Below, one piece after another: positions 25,805-39,052 of a stretch of 64,000 nt of DNA. Made by a program: the position numbers and the translations under genes. Source of the stretch: Cycas panzhihuaensis (Eukaryota; Plantae; Cycadophyta); the NCBI GenBank assembly GCA_023213395.1, contig CM041465.1, positions 87,613,741 to 87,677,740 on the forward strand. The letters are read 5' to 3'. Every line of letters begins with the position of its first letter. Positions within the stretch are counted from its first letter, which is position 1. The notes beneath the pieces are model-generated. The model made no database searches and had not been told where the DNA came from. It saw only the letters and a program-made list of their open reading frames with translations.

Positions 25805-27310
25805 ATGATGCAGACATCTTTGAACCAGTCTCAGTCCTCCCCTCCGGGGAGGACTTACCTTGATGCATTAAGAGCCGGAAACCAAGAGGAACAAGATATA
25901 ACCCCTGTTAAAATTGGAAACAGATATAAACTTTCAATACTGAAAGAGGTTACCGAAAAGACCATACAGTATTGGGAAAATAGCCTGGTAGGTAGGTTCT
26001 CAGGTCCTAGGCCAGGTCTGGACATCATAAGGGAGTGGATTAGAAACAAGTGGAAGACCAGAAGCCTTGTCCAAGTCATGGCGATGCCTAAGGGATGCGT
26101 CCTTTTTAGGTTTTTATGCCAGGAGGACATGATCTCTATCTTATTGAAGTCACCATGGATGTTTGGGAGGAAGGCCATGTCACTGGAGAAATGGCATCCA
26201 GATTTTGACCCAGGCACTCCCGTGGTTAAACAGGCTCCAGTTTGGGTTCAACTTCCTGGGCTTCCCCTACATTTTTGGAACCCGGAGATGGTTAAAGGGG
26301 CGGCTAAAATGATAGGGCCACTACTAGCCTTGGATTCGGCCATAAAGCACAGATCCAGATTGATGAATGCCAGATTTTGTGTTCTGGCTAAGCTCGATAA
26401 CGAGTTCCCGGTTGAGGTAGAGATTGAGTCGGATGGTAGATCTATCATCCAAGGCTTATATTATGAGGTGGAGGGCTTCAGGTGCACAAAATGTAAGAAT
26501 AGGGGACACCTCCCCTTTCAATGCCCACAGGTTCCATTGAGGACGGATATCTAGGAGGTAGGGAAGGAGGAAGAAGATATCAGGGGGGAGGCAGTGGCAG
26601 AAGATATCGGTAGACCTGAGAAGGCTGATCTCAGAGAGGAGAATGCCGAAAGCTTTGAGACGATACCCCGTAGTGAGTTGGGCGGTGGGAAGGACTCAGC
26701 TGCGACTTGTCCTACAGATAAAGAAATTGAAGGAATACCGGACAACAAGGAAATTCAGGAAGTCGAGGGCAAGGACTTGGTGGTAAATGAGGCTGATAGG
26801 GGAGAGTCTAAAGGTGAAGAGACTAAAGGTACCTCACGGTTGGAGTTGGGGCGGATGCCTGCGGATGCTAAAGACCAATCTATGGATCTAGGCAGATCGC
26901 AGGGGGAAGGAGACCCTCAGACCTGAGCCGAGGAGCCGGAACTTGCCAAGCTTGCTAAGAGTATAAACTGGGATTTAGAGGATTATTTATCTGAGCCCGA
27001 GGAAGGGGGTCTGAGAGAACAGAGTCAAGAGGAGCGACGGGTAGGTTTTGCAGCCGAAGGAGGTATAGGAGCTGGGCCGAGAGGTGCAAATTCGGATAGA
27101 GGAGGAGGTGGGACACGAAAATGGGTTTCAAAAAGTAACACATCAGAAGTGAGGAGGGCCCCAGATTATGGGATAGAGAAGAAAGTAGGCAGACCCCCAA
27201 GAAAGGCCATCAGAGAGAAAGAAACACAAGCCCATATAGACTTGGGTTTCCAGAGTACGTTAAAAGAGGGGGGAGTGCTAGAAGGCCCTAACCTCAGAAG
27301 CAGGAAATGA
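25805..27310 (+). pseudogene. LINE ORF1 (DUF4283/RRM-like plus CX2CX4HX4C), interrupted by stops
   Basis: LVGRFSG..IREWIRNKWK..FRF..EDM..IL..SPWMF..LEKW.PDF..PVWVQLPGLPLHFW..CTKCKNRGHLPFQC; stop at 26552; basic C-terminus KVGRPPRK ending ~27310. Confidence 0.85.
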
Positions 27311-27335
27311 TGAGGGGCGAAGTTTCCGGTCATCC

Positions 27336-30300
27336 ATGAAGGTCCTTTCTTGGAACATTAGGGGGCTAAATGCCCCATCCAAGCAGAGATTGGTCAGAGA
27401 ACTAAGGATCAGGATAGAGGCTGATATTGTACTCTTGCAGGAGACAAAATTGGAGCAGACAAAGGAAGCAGAGGTGCTTAACAAGATTTGGAGAAAGGGT
27501 GAGGGGAAGACATGTGTAGGTTCGGCGGGCTCCGGGGGGTTGGTCTCTCTCTGGAATCCCAAAATGTGGAAAGGGTATGAGGCGTGCAAGAGTGAGCACT
27601 TCTTAACCGTTGGGTTGGTTAGTGTCTCTACTAACAAGGAGTATTGGATCACCAACATCTACGCCCCTAATTCGGTTGAGGGCAGGAGAAGATTATGGGA
27701 TGCTCTGGTGGAAGCCCACATAGAATGGGAGGGTCCATGGCTGGTGGCGGGGGACTTCAATTCCCCCCTATGCCCGGAAGAGAAGAAAGGTGGGCAAGGG
27801 GGGTGGACTAGTAGTATGTTTGATCTTGGTGTGTTCCTGCAATCGGGTGGCCTGATGGATGTCCCCCTCAGGGGAGCTAGGTTCACTTGGTCTAATAGGC
27901 GCCTAGGCCATAATCATATACAATGTAGATTGGACAGGATGTTAACAAACTATGAGTGGGCCTGTCACTTTGAAGGTGTAAAGTTGGAGGCCCTTCCGAA
28001 ATCTGGGTCGGACCATTCGCCTCTCATTTTGGAGGGGTCCATCCCGGTAGCCCACAAAGGGGCTCCATTCCGCTTTGAACTTATGTGGCAGAAACATCCA
28101 TACCTGAGAGAAAGGATTCGGGACTGGTGGGGAGTCCAGGTTCAGGGTTGCGCCATGTTCAGGTTCTCGAGGAAACTGAACTGGATCAAGAAGCAAATTA
28201 AAGTCTGGAATAGGGAGGTTTTTGGAAATATTTTTGAACATAAGGGGATCCTGCTGGGAGAACTAAAAGGGATAGAGGACAGGATTCAGAGGGAAGGAAG
28301 AACCCAGGAATTGGACTATAAGGAACACTTGATTTCCAGGAAATTTGAGGAGGTGTTGGAAAGGGAGGAAATTTTCTGGAAGCAGAAATCCAGAGAGCAG
28401 TGGATAAGGGAGGGGGACAGAAACACGAAGTTCTTCCATCTGTCCACTTTGAGGCACATGGTCCATAATAGGATCACTAAAATACGCAGTAGGGATGGGG
28501 TGGAGTATGAGGCGGAGGATCAGATTGGTGGTATTGCGATGGACTACTTTAAGGAGCTATATACAGAGCCAGGATGTCAGGATCCCGCCCTTAGGGCGGC
28601 TCTCTTACAATTTATTCCGAAAGTGATTACTGAGGATCGGAACAAAAAACTGACAGAAACCTTCTCTCAGGAAGAGGTCGAGAGGGCTTTATTTAAAATG
28701 GGTCGTGATAAGGCCCCAGGGCCAGATGGCTTCCCTCCAGGATTTTTCCAAGAATACTGGGAGATAATCAAGGACGATCTCATGTTGGCACTTAATGAAT
28801 TTTTCCTTAGATGCACAATACTGAAAGAGTGGTAGGCTACATTCTTGGCGTTGATCCCAAAGAAGGAGGGAGTGGAAGTTATGGAAGACTTTAGACCGAT
28901 TAACCTGTGCAACGTCAAATACAAGATACTGGCCAAAGTGTTAGCGAACCGTCTGAGGGAGAATCTCCCAGAAATTATTTCCCCTAACCAGGATGGTTTT
29001 GTGAAAGGAAGACAAATATCGGACGGTATTATAAGTGTCCACAAGACCCTGCATTCGACATGGCATCGTAAGGAAGCAGGTATGATTGTTAAAACAGATA
29101 TGTCCAAAGCCTATGATCGGGTGGCTTGGGATTGTCTGGTGGACTGCCTGGAGGCATTTGGTTTTGGGGAGGTTTGGAGGGAGTGGATAAGATGTTGTAT
29201 TTCTAGAGTTTCATTTTCGGTAATAATAAATGGGAGGTCAACCCCGTTCTTTACCGGGTCGAGGCGTTTGAGGCAAGGGGATCCGCTCTCTCCTTTCCTG
29301 TTCATAATTATGGCAGAAATGTTAGGTAGGGCAACGGTGGAGGTCCAGCGAACAGGGAGAATAATAGGTTTGAGAGCTTCCTCCAACCTAGATAATATTG
29401 TGCACCATCAGTTCGTAGACGATAATATTTTTCTCTGTAAGGCTTCCTTAGGGGATGCCAGGGCCTTAAAATCGGGTCTACAGGCTTATGAAAGGGCTAC
29501 AAACTAGAAAATCAATTTGGACAAAAGCTCAGCCTTTTTTATCAACACGCCGGAGAGGCTGCAAAGGAAAATAAGCAGGATTTTGGAGATGGCTAGGGGC
29601 TCCCTCCCTAGTTCATACCTTGGTATGCCCCTATTTGTGGGTAAGATGGGGAAGGATTTGTGGGATCCAGTAGCGAGCAGATTCAATAGGAAGTTGGCAG
29701 GATGGAAAGGGGCTCTCCTCAGTTGGGCCGGGAAAATTTAGCTAGTGGTGGCTTCCCTGTAGAGTATCCCAGTCTATCAAATGATGGTCTTCAAAATACC
29801 GAGCAAGGTTATCTCGATTTTGGAGGGAATCATGAAGAGATTTCTTTGGTCAGGAGCTGAAGATAGTAAGAGAATCCACCTAGTGTCTTGGGAGAAGGTC
29901 TGTAAGCCTAAGTGGGTAGGAGGCCTTAGCGTCAGAAGATTGGGCCTTTTTAATGAAGCCCTCTTGGCAAAGACGGGGTGGAGACTCACTAAGGAAGCGG
30001 GTTTGATCTGGGGGAAAATCATAGCTAGGAAGTACCTGGGGGATAACCACTTCTTATTGGAGGAAGGGCTCTGTTCGGAGGGGTCCCCAGTATGGAAGGC
30101 CATCAGGACTTCGAGATCCCTTCTCCGTGAAGGTATGCGATGGAAGCTGGGGGGACAGCGAAAGCATAAGGTTTTGGGAAGACATATGGTGTGGACACTT
30201 TAAACTAGAGGAGATGCCTAACATCAGGACCATGAAGAGGGACTGTGTAAGTCGCTATGGTCCCTTTGTCAAAAATTATTGGGAGGGGCAAGGAAAGGAC

Positions 30301-31473
30301 AGGAGGTGGAGATCGTTTGAGGAATTGCGCGGCCTTGAGGATGCGGTCCATAGGGTGAAAGGGATTTTAGAAAACCAGTATATCCCGAAGAGGTCAGTGC
30401 CAGATACTCTGGTATGGCCCTCTTCATCCTCGGGTTCATACACGGTTAAAGTTGGTTATAACTTAAGGATGAGCAGGGAAGGTTGGGATAGGAACGACAT
30501 TCTAGCTGGGTCCGAAGTCGGGGTTCTCCCAAAATACCGCTTCTGGTGGATGTGCCTCCAAAACAAATTACTTACATTGGATAACTTTGCGAAGAGGGGT
30601 GCCCATTTGGCGAGTAGATGCGTGCTGTGTAAGATGGAAGTTGAAACCTTGGACCATCTGTGTATTCACTATCCCTATTCGGTGGGTATCATGAGCGACA
30701 TTTGGTCCGGGCTGGGGATAGCCTGGGTCTCATCGAAATCCCTAAAAGAGCAGTGGACAACTTGGATCTCTCCTTTTAAAAGCAAAACCCTCTCTAGACT
30801 CTGGAAGATGATCCCTCCAGTTGGCTCCTGGTTCATTTGGAAGGAACGAAACAGGAGGATATTTGAAGGTAAAGAGAAGGATAGCCCGATGCTGATTGCA
30901 AATATTAGGAAGGCTACCTCAGAAATGATGGTTAAACCAAAAGAGGAGAGGATACCCAAGGGGGAAGAAGACATTATTAAAGATTGGGGTATAGTCCCCC
31001 TGGAGGGCGTCAAAGTGAGGAGAAGAGATGTTAAGTGGCGGCCTCCAGAAGCATCATGGATAAAAGTTAACTTTGATGGAGCTGCTAAGGGTAACCCCGG
31101 TGAGGCGGGAGGGGGTGGACTCATGGGATCCCGTGGTAACTTGAGATGGGCTTTCGCAGAGTATTTAGGTGTTCAATCGAACCAGAAAGCTGAGGTTCGG
31201 GCTATGTTGAGGGCGACAACTCTGTTGGACGAGGAAGATATGCAAAAGGTGATAATAGAGGGTGACTCAATGTATGCTATAAAATGCCTGAGAGGGGAAG
31301 CAGACCCTGGATGGGACAACATAGATATTTTCAGGGATGTCCAGGACGTTTTAGGTTCCAGAGCTGAGGTTCAGATTCAACATACTTATAAGGAAGGAAA
31401 TTCGACAGCAGATTGGTTGGCAAACTGGGCTGTGCTAAACAAAAGAACAAAAGTTTGGAAAGAGGAGTTCTGA
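27336..31473 (+). pseudogene. LINE ORF2: APE endonuclease, reverse transcriptase, zf-RVT, RNase H; several TAG stops and a frameshift
   Basis: SWNIRGLN, LQETK, GDFN, SDH (APE); KAPGPDG, DMSKAYDRV, RQGDPLSP, QFVDD (RT); CVLCKMEVETLDHLCIH (zf); FDGAAKGNPG..AE..EGDS..EGNSTADWLAN (RNase H, ~31060-31430). Confidence 0.92.
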
Positions 31474-32641
31474 GGAGTTATCGAGACCGGTCGTATGTAT
31501 GCACATATGGGTGAGATTATCAGAGGAGAAGACCTAAATCTGGGCTAGACCATGGGCCTGTCATGGTCATCCTTTCTAAGCCGTTTGGCCTTGATGTACT
31601 GGTTTGGGGACCTAGTTAAAACCCCCTGTAATATTATTTTACCTTATCAAAAAAAAAAAAAAAGGATATAATTCTTGTTATAAATATTAATGTTGAAATT
31701 ACAAAGTTAAAGAGTGAAACTCGTGTGAAAAAAGAAGAGAGCGTAGAATTATTTATAGATATTTGAATTTCTTCAAAATTACCCAAATGGTATACTCAAA
31801 CCATAAAAGATTCCAATATTAGCAATATTGATATTAGTTTAGATGTGCAGATACATAACAAAGTAAAATTTGTGTTGATATCTAATGTCCTAAACATATA
31901 TGAACTTGAATTTTTTACTGAAGCTAAAGATGCACCTCATTGGCTGTTAGCAATACAGGAGGAATATAATTCAATATTGAAGAATGATACTTGGGATCTT
32001 ATTGAGCTTTCACTTGGGAGGAAAGAATTAGTTGCAAATGGGTATACAAGGTGAAGTATCAATCAAATGGTGATATTGATAGATACAAGGCTCGATTTGT
32101 AGTTAAAGGTTGTGTTCAAATTGAAGATGTAGATTTTGAAGAAACCTTTGCACTGGTGGTAAAAATGACTATCATCCGATTGCTAACTACCCTTGCATCT
32201 TAATTTGGTTGGAAACTCCATCAAATAGATGTTGAGTGAATTTTTTTAAGACATTCTTGATAAAAAAATTTATATGTAGTAACCTATAATCTTTGTATAA
32301 ACTGGGCAGGAGAGACTTGTATGCAAGTTAAATAAAGCTTTATATAGGTTTAAATAGGCACCAAGAGTGTGGTATGCTTGTATTGATAAATACTTTATCA
32401 CTTCTAATCTCATCCATTGTGAATTATATCACAACTTATACATCAAACATGAGAATGATGAAATACTTATTGTTGTTCTCTATGCTAATGATCTTATTTT
32501 CACTTGAAGTAGCACTTCTCAAATAGAATCTCTTAAAGAAGACATTTCTAAAGTCATTGAGATGTCTGATTTTAGTATTCTGCATTATTACCTTGGTTTG
32601 AAATTTTGCCAGAATGAAGATATCATATTTGTTTCATAGTC

Positions 32642-35600
32642 TGGGATGTTCCTTCTCAGAAATCTAGACTTGTATTTGCAAAAATTAGCAGAAAATGAAG
32701 CCAAATAACACAAGTGTGCAAGCATATCACAGATAGTAAATCACCAAAATGAGTACCGAAGTACTTTCTCTTTCAAGATATAATACTCAACGACATTACA
32801 AGTGATTTATCCCTTTAAATACATAAGTAAGGGTCTTCAACCTTTTGATTCTATTGGTGGCCTTAACAGCCTTACATCTTATTGGACGACATAGCGGTCC
32901 ATACATACATCTTAATAAACACCTTAATCCCTACTCATTAGTGGCTCTCGTTCGCTAATGCTAAGGAAAGGTGGGGTTATATAATAGGTCCCCCACTCTG
33001 AGACGTTGAGTCCTCGCAACGTTAGAGATGAGGATGTTGCTAGATAAACTCGTCAGATTCCCCTGTAGCTTCATTTACATCGCAGTTAACCCACTGTACC
33101 AAGTGTTTAGAAATAATGCGATTCTTGAGGCAGCGCTGGCGACTGGCAAGGATTTTATCAGGAGCAATTGTGAGAGTTTGCTCTTCAGAGAGGATGGGTA
33201 CGGTTGTATGGGGTGTAACTTTAGCACCAAGGTATTTTTTTAGGCAGGACACATGGAAAACATTATGGATATTAGTGTTTGGGGGGAGTTCAAGGGTACA
33301 AGTAACTTCATCAATTTTGTGTAGGATCTTATAAGGGCCATAGTAGCAGGGGCTTAGTTAATGCCCTTGATGTGAATTAAGGGATTGTTACTTATAGGGT
33401 TAGAGGCGAAGGTATACTAGATCTCCAATATCAAAGGATTGATCAGATCGGTGGTGGTCTGCGAGTTGCTTCATTTGATTTTGGGCGTTAACTAAATTCT
33501 GTCGAAGGGCATGCAAGATTTGATCCATTTCTTGAAGCTTTTGTTGTACAGAAGCTGTTCAAAAGTTTGTGGCTAGGGTATGGTGGGAAGGTAGGTAGTA
33601 GCCATAAAGAGCCAAAAAGGGGGACATACCAATGGCAGAATGATAGGAAGAGTTATACCAATACTCGGCCAGGGCAAGCTGTGAGGTCCACTTAGCTTGG
33701 TGTTCTGAGGCAAAGTAACGGAGATAAGTTTCTAAAGTTTTGTTTAGAACCTCGAATTGGCCTTCTGTTTGTGGGTGGTAGGCAGAACTCATGTTAAATG
33801 AGGTTCCAATAGCCTTAAAGAGTTCTTGCCAAAAGGAGTTAGTAAACTTAGGGTCTCGGTCATAAACGACAGATGATGGGAAGCCATGGAGGCAAAATAT
33901 GAATTGGACATATAAGTCAGCGAGATGGGAGGATGAATATGAGGTGCGCACTAGAAGAAAGTGTGAGTACTTGGTTAATTGATTAATGACTACCCAAATA
34001 GAGTCAAACCCGGCAGATGAAGGTAGGCCCGTGATGAAGTCCATGACAATATCTTGCCCCTTACCTTGAAGAATATTTAATGGTTGCAGAAGGCCAAGGA
34101 GAGGTTTGGTCTTTACTTTATTTCATTGACATGTGTCGCATTCTAATACAAAGGTGAATATGGTAGTCTTCATATGGGGCCAAAAGAAATCTACCTGAAT
34201 CCGTCGATAAGTCTTATCAAAGCCAGAGTGGTCGTCGAGGGGGGACGAGTGGTATTCTGTTAGGATTTTAGGGATGAATGAAGAGGAGGGATGGACAAAG
34301 ATACGATTGTGGTAGAGGAGGTGATTGTTAAAGGTTAACCAACCTTTATGGGTGATGATTTTTTTTCTCCAATTAGGATAGTCTGGTTGGGCTTGATTTT
34401 TAATGCATAGTTCATCAAGCCAAAGTGGTTGGGGATTGCTGATGGCATGGAGGCTTGAGTTAGGAACATTATCATCAAGGTGAAGACGTGAAAGAGCCAC
34501 TGTATTGTCCTTGCCTTTTTTATATGCTATTAAGAAGTCAAAGACTTGTAATTGGTGAACCCACTTAGCTTGTTCTTCAGACAAGATTGGCTGAGTTAAT
34601 AAATTATGGAGGCTATGATGATCCGTGAGAATAGTGAACTTAGAACTTAAGAGATATTACCGTTATTTATCAATAGCATGGAGAATAGCCTTCATCTCTT
34701 TCTAATATGTAGAGAGACGAAGCTCGTGATCTTTTAATTTTCGGCTTTCGAATGCAATGGGATGAGAGTCTTGCATTAGGACTGCGCCTAAACCAAACCC
34801 TGAAGCATCACATTCAAGTTGGAAGGGTTGGTGGAAATTAGGAGTAATGAGGATTGGATTGGAGGTCATTACAACCTTGAGGTGAGAAAATGTAGCATCT
34901 GCTTCTAGAGACCATTGGAAAGCCTCTTTGCGAAGGAGGTTGGTTAATAGGACAGCAAGAGTAGCATAATTACGCACAAAACGTCGATAAAAACCAGTGA
35001 GCCCAAGGAATGCTTGTAGTTGGGTAAGAGTCGTAAGTGTAGGCCACGTTGTAATGACTGATATTTTATTAGGGTCTACGCGTACCCCTTCTGATGATAT
35101 AATATGACCCAAATAATTGAGTTCTGATTGCCCAAACTCACACTTAGATAGTTTTGTATAGAGTTGGTGGTTTTGTAATATTTGAAGAACAATTTCTAGG
35201 TGTTGGATATGGTGATCCAAGCAGGCGCTATAAATAAGAATGTCATCGAAGAAAACTATGACAAACTTTCAAAGGTAGGGACAAAAATTTTTATTCATGA
35301 GAGCTTGGAAGGTTGCCGGGGCATTACAAAGGCCAAAGGGCATTGTACGAAACTCAAAATGGCCATGATGTGTGCGAAATACTGTCTTATGGCAATCTTG
35401 TGGGGCAATTGGGATTTGGTAGTAACCAGATTGGAGGTCTAACTTAGAAAAAATGGTTGCGCCATGGATTTCGTCCAGCATGTCATCTATGTGAGGGGTG
35501 GGAAACTTATTTTTAATGGTAATCTTATTTAATTCCCTATAGTCAACGCAAAGGCGAAAGGAGCCATCCTTCTTCTTAACTAAGACAATTGGGGTTGCAT

Positions 35601-38600
35601 AAGGGCTTTTACTTAGTTGGATTATGTCCATGTTGAGGAACTCATTTGTGAGTTTCTCAATTTCATTCTTTTGGAAGTATGAGTTACGGTAAGGTCGAGG
35701 GCTGATAGGGTCATGGTTAGCTTAGAGGCCAATTGTATGATAAAAACCACGGTCGGGAGGGGTAGTAGCAGGCAGAGGGGCAAATACTTGTTCATATTGG
35801 GTAATGACATCCTAGATACATGGATGAATTTGTGGTGCGATTTGAATATTATTAAGACAGACTATATACCCTAGGTGAGATTGAAGATAGTGTTTCATAC
35901 GTCTAGGAGAGACCACTTGGTTAGGGGGGATTGCATTCTAAAAATTTTGTTATTTCGACCCATGTGGTCTTTGAAGGGAATGAATGGATTTGTAGGTGAG
36001 TTGCTCGTGTTATAGGTCCCTAGTATTTGCAACCATTGAATCCCCAAGATAGCATCAGATCCTCCTATTGACAAGGCATAGAAATCTGACACCAGAAGGT
36101 ATGAGCTAATTTGGACTTGGAGATTTTAATAACACCTGCACAATGGAGTTTCTAGTACCCTGGTAGAGAACATGTGAAGCCAGTTTTTGGGACAATATAT
36201 AGGTTGAGTTGTCTAGCTATTGAAATATCGATGAAGCTAAGTGACTTGCCACCGTCAATCAAGATAGATATTGGAGTTTTACAGAGGATGCGTCTAACTC
36301 TTAGGGGTTCAGGGCAGACAGAGGTGGTGACAGCAGATATAGATACTTTAGGGTGGGGGTCTGGTGTAGGTTCATCATGGCCAGAGTCAGAGTTAGAGAG
36401 ATCATCAGGGGAGAGGAAGGGGTCGATGGAGAAAACCATACGCCACGCTTTACAAAAGCGACCATGTCCGGAAGTCCACTTTTCTACACACTGCATACAA
36501 AGGCTAGCCTCTAGTCAGCATTGTGCTTGAGTCATCATTCTGGCAATCAGTAGATGGGCGAGTGGAATCATCCTGTCGGGGCCGAGGACATGTGAAGTCA
36601 GCTTGAGGATGAGAGGCATCATCAAATTGAGGTCAAGGTCACTGAAAGTCTGACTGTCGAGTGCGTGAGGACCAAGAGTTATCTTGACGAATAGTTGAGG
36701 GTCTGTCGACTACAAACTCAGCTTCTACTCCACGAGCCCACTTAAAAGCTTCCTTAAGGGAGTAGATTGCCATTGTCTTTAATCTCATCTGAATACGGTC
36801 TTGGAGTCCCGCCATATAAATGTCAATCACAGTTTATTTGTCCAAGTTTTGGCTTTGTGGTACGTGATTATATAAGGCTTGAAATGCATCTGTGTAACCT
36901 CTACAGTTGAGGTCTACTTAAGTTGAGTGAGTTGTGTGAAGAAAGACTGACTCCATGTGTCTTCATATTGTTCAAAGAAACAGCTAGTGAAGTGGGACCA
37001 TGTTTGGTGAGAAGGATATTCTCGCTTCCATCAGTTAAACTAATGGTGAGCTCAACCATCTAAGTGGATGGAAGTGTATAAGAGTTGGTCATTTTCTGAC
37101 ATCGGGTGAAGAGTAAAATAGGATTCTAACTTGTTAATCCAGCTTTGAGTGCACTCTCTATTCACATCTGGATCAAAGGTAGGAATATTGATTTTATGGT
37201 GGAAAAAGGGCTGTCTTGGTGGAGACCCTCCTATATTGCTTCCTTAGAAAGGGGGAGGTTGGTTGCCTATTGAGTTAGAAGGTCCTGTGCTTTGGGATTG
37301 AGGTGGCAACAACTACTGAAACTAACTGATAATCTCTTGCCTAGTGTTGTCTAGGTTGGATTTGGTAGGCATGCCATTAAGCCTATCGTTGACCTCTATT
37401 TTGAAGTTAGACAAGTCGTTGGTCAACTCTGAAATTTTCTTTGTGTGAGTTTTTGCCATTGGAGTTGAAGAAAGGGATTAAAGAAGTAGGAACAAGTAGA
37501 AAGAAGGGAAATAAACGAAGTGGGATAGAGCAAGAAATAACGAGATATAAGAGTATGGAGTTATTATAGGGGGAAGAAGGGCGAATAAGGGGATGGGGGT
37601 GTCTATAGCCTATTGACTACAAAATACATAAGCAAGATATTTAGCCCATTAGAAGGAGCACAAAAACTTATCAAAATGGGGTGTATGAGTTTTAACGTGA
37701 ATTGGAAGTGGTGGGGCCCACCAGTGGCCCGGGTACAAAAAAGAGTAAAAATTGGGGACATAAACTAACCTAGTACAAAATGACCCTTATGATATACTGG
37801 TCAAATTGAGGTATATGAGTTATAAATAGATTTTTTTTTCCCTTTTTGCATCATGAGTAGTGTCTAAGTGGAGTTATTTATTTATTTCTCTCTCTCTCTC
37901 TCTTTTTGGTCTTAGAAGCTTGAGTGTTCTGACAAGTTTTGAATTAAGACTGGGGTAGGGGAAGCAGGGTGGAAATGATCAGATGTGTCCTACCCACTGA
38001 AAAATAAGGTATGTTTGGTCTTATAGGCTTGCCAATAAACTTCTGATGCAGAAGTTTGGGGTAGGTAACTTCGTGGCGCTAACCGCTAACTACTGCACTG
38101 CAAGACTTCAACAACCGATAGTTTACCCATACTAAGGAGGGTTTTGGGATCCTAAATGGGTCCTCCTATATACCCGAATGTACGTGGATGCATATTTCCG
38201 TAGCCAGGTTCTGTCTAGGGCTTGGTTTAGGAGTGTTATCTCCATTCCTTCACACAAAAGGCAGAAAAGCCACGATGCGCTTAGCTAGAATGATAGATCC
38301 CTGCGATATTTAAAGACCCCCGGCACAGGGTCTCTACCTATTACTTAGGTAGCTACCCAACGATGTTATCTACCCGGGAAGGAGAAGTGGGAGGGGAAAC
38401 AAAAGGTAGCCGCCCAACGGTGTTATCTATCCTTGGAATATAACTCAATGCAGAAAAAGAAAGCTAGAAACTGAATTGAAAGTAGAAGAAATAAATTACT
38501 TGCATTACCTTAAGGAAGAAATTCCCCTTCACTTTGCGACATCTAATCTATCCTACTATTGTTCCTCAATCTCCTCAGAGAGAGTACTGAGTGAAGGTCT

Positions 38601-39052
38601 TTCCCCAATCTCTACCTAGGTAGAGAGAGTACTCAATCATACAAGAAAACAAAATTTTGCTTTGTCGAGCAGCTTCCCATGATTGCGAATGTGGCTCTGA
38701 TACCACTTGGGTTGTTCCTTCTCAGAAATCTGGACTTGTAGGTGCAAAAATTAGCAGAAAATGAAGCCAAATAACACAAGTGCGCAAGCATATCACAGAT
38801 AGTAAATCACCAAAATGAGTACCGAAGTACTTTCTCTTTCAAGATATAATACTCAACGACATTACAAGTGATTTAACCCTTTAAATACACAAGTAAGGGT
38901 CTTCAACGTTATGATTCTATTGGTGGCATTAGTGGCCTTACATCTTATTGGACGACTTAGCGGTCCATACACACATCTTGATAAATACCTTAATCCTTAC
39001 TCACTGGTGGCTCCTGCTTGCTAATGCTAAGGAAAGATGGGGTTATGTAATA
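32642..39052 (-). mobile_element. Ty3/gypsy chromovirus (gag-PR-RT-RH-INT-chromodomain), degraded, nested in Copia A RT
   Basis: 345-bp LTRs 32642-32986 and 38708-39052, perfect TSD TAGTC (32637-32641 / 39053-39057), Met PBS at 38694-38705, PPT ~32987-32996; [34 protein letters not shown], integrase MDFITGLP, chromodomain PDKIL...LVQW..EAT.E (33040-33180). Confidence 0.93.
38694..38705 (-). other. Primer binding site (tRNA-iMet) of the chromovirus
   Basis: GCTCTGATACCA on + = TGGTATCAGAGC on -, 2 nt from the LTR. Confidence 0.92.

Larger units (their letters stand above)
25283..31661 (+). mobile_element. Full-length L1-clade LINE with RNase H, relatively young
   Basis: Perfect 18-bp TSD AAGGATATAATTCTTGTT (25265-25282 / 31662-31679), poly(A) tail, visibly more GC-rich than flanks, ORF1 and ORF2 present. 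Confidence 0.95.

Noticed and set aside
25260-31124. Many minus-strand and short ORFs across the young LINE
   Set aside because: Shadow ORFs of a more GC-rich element; no independent motifs.
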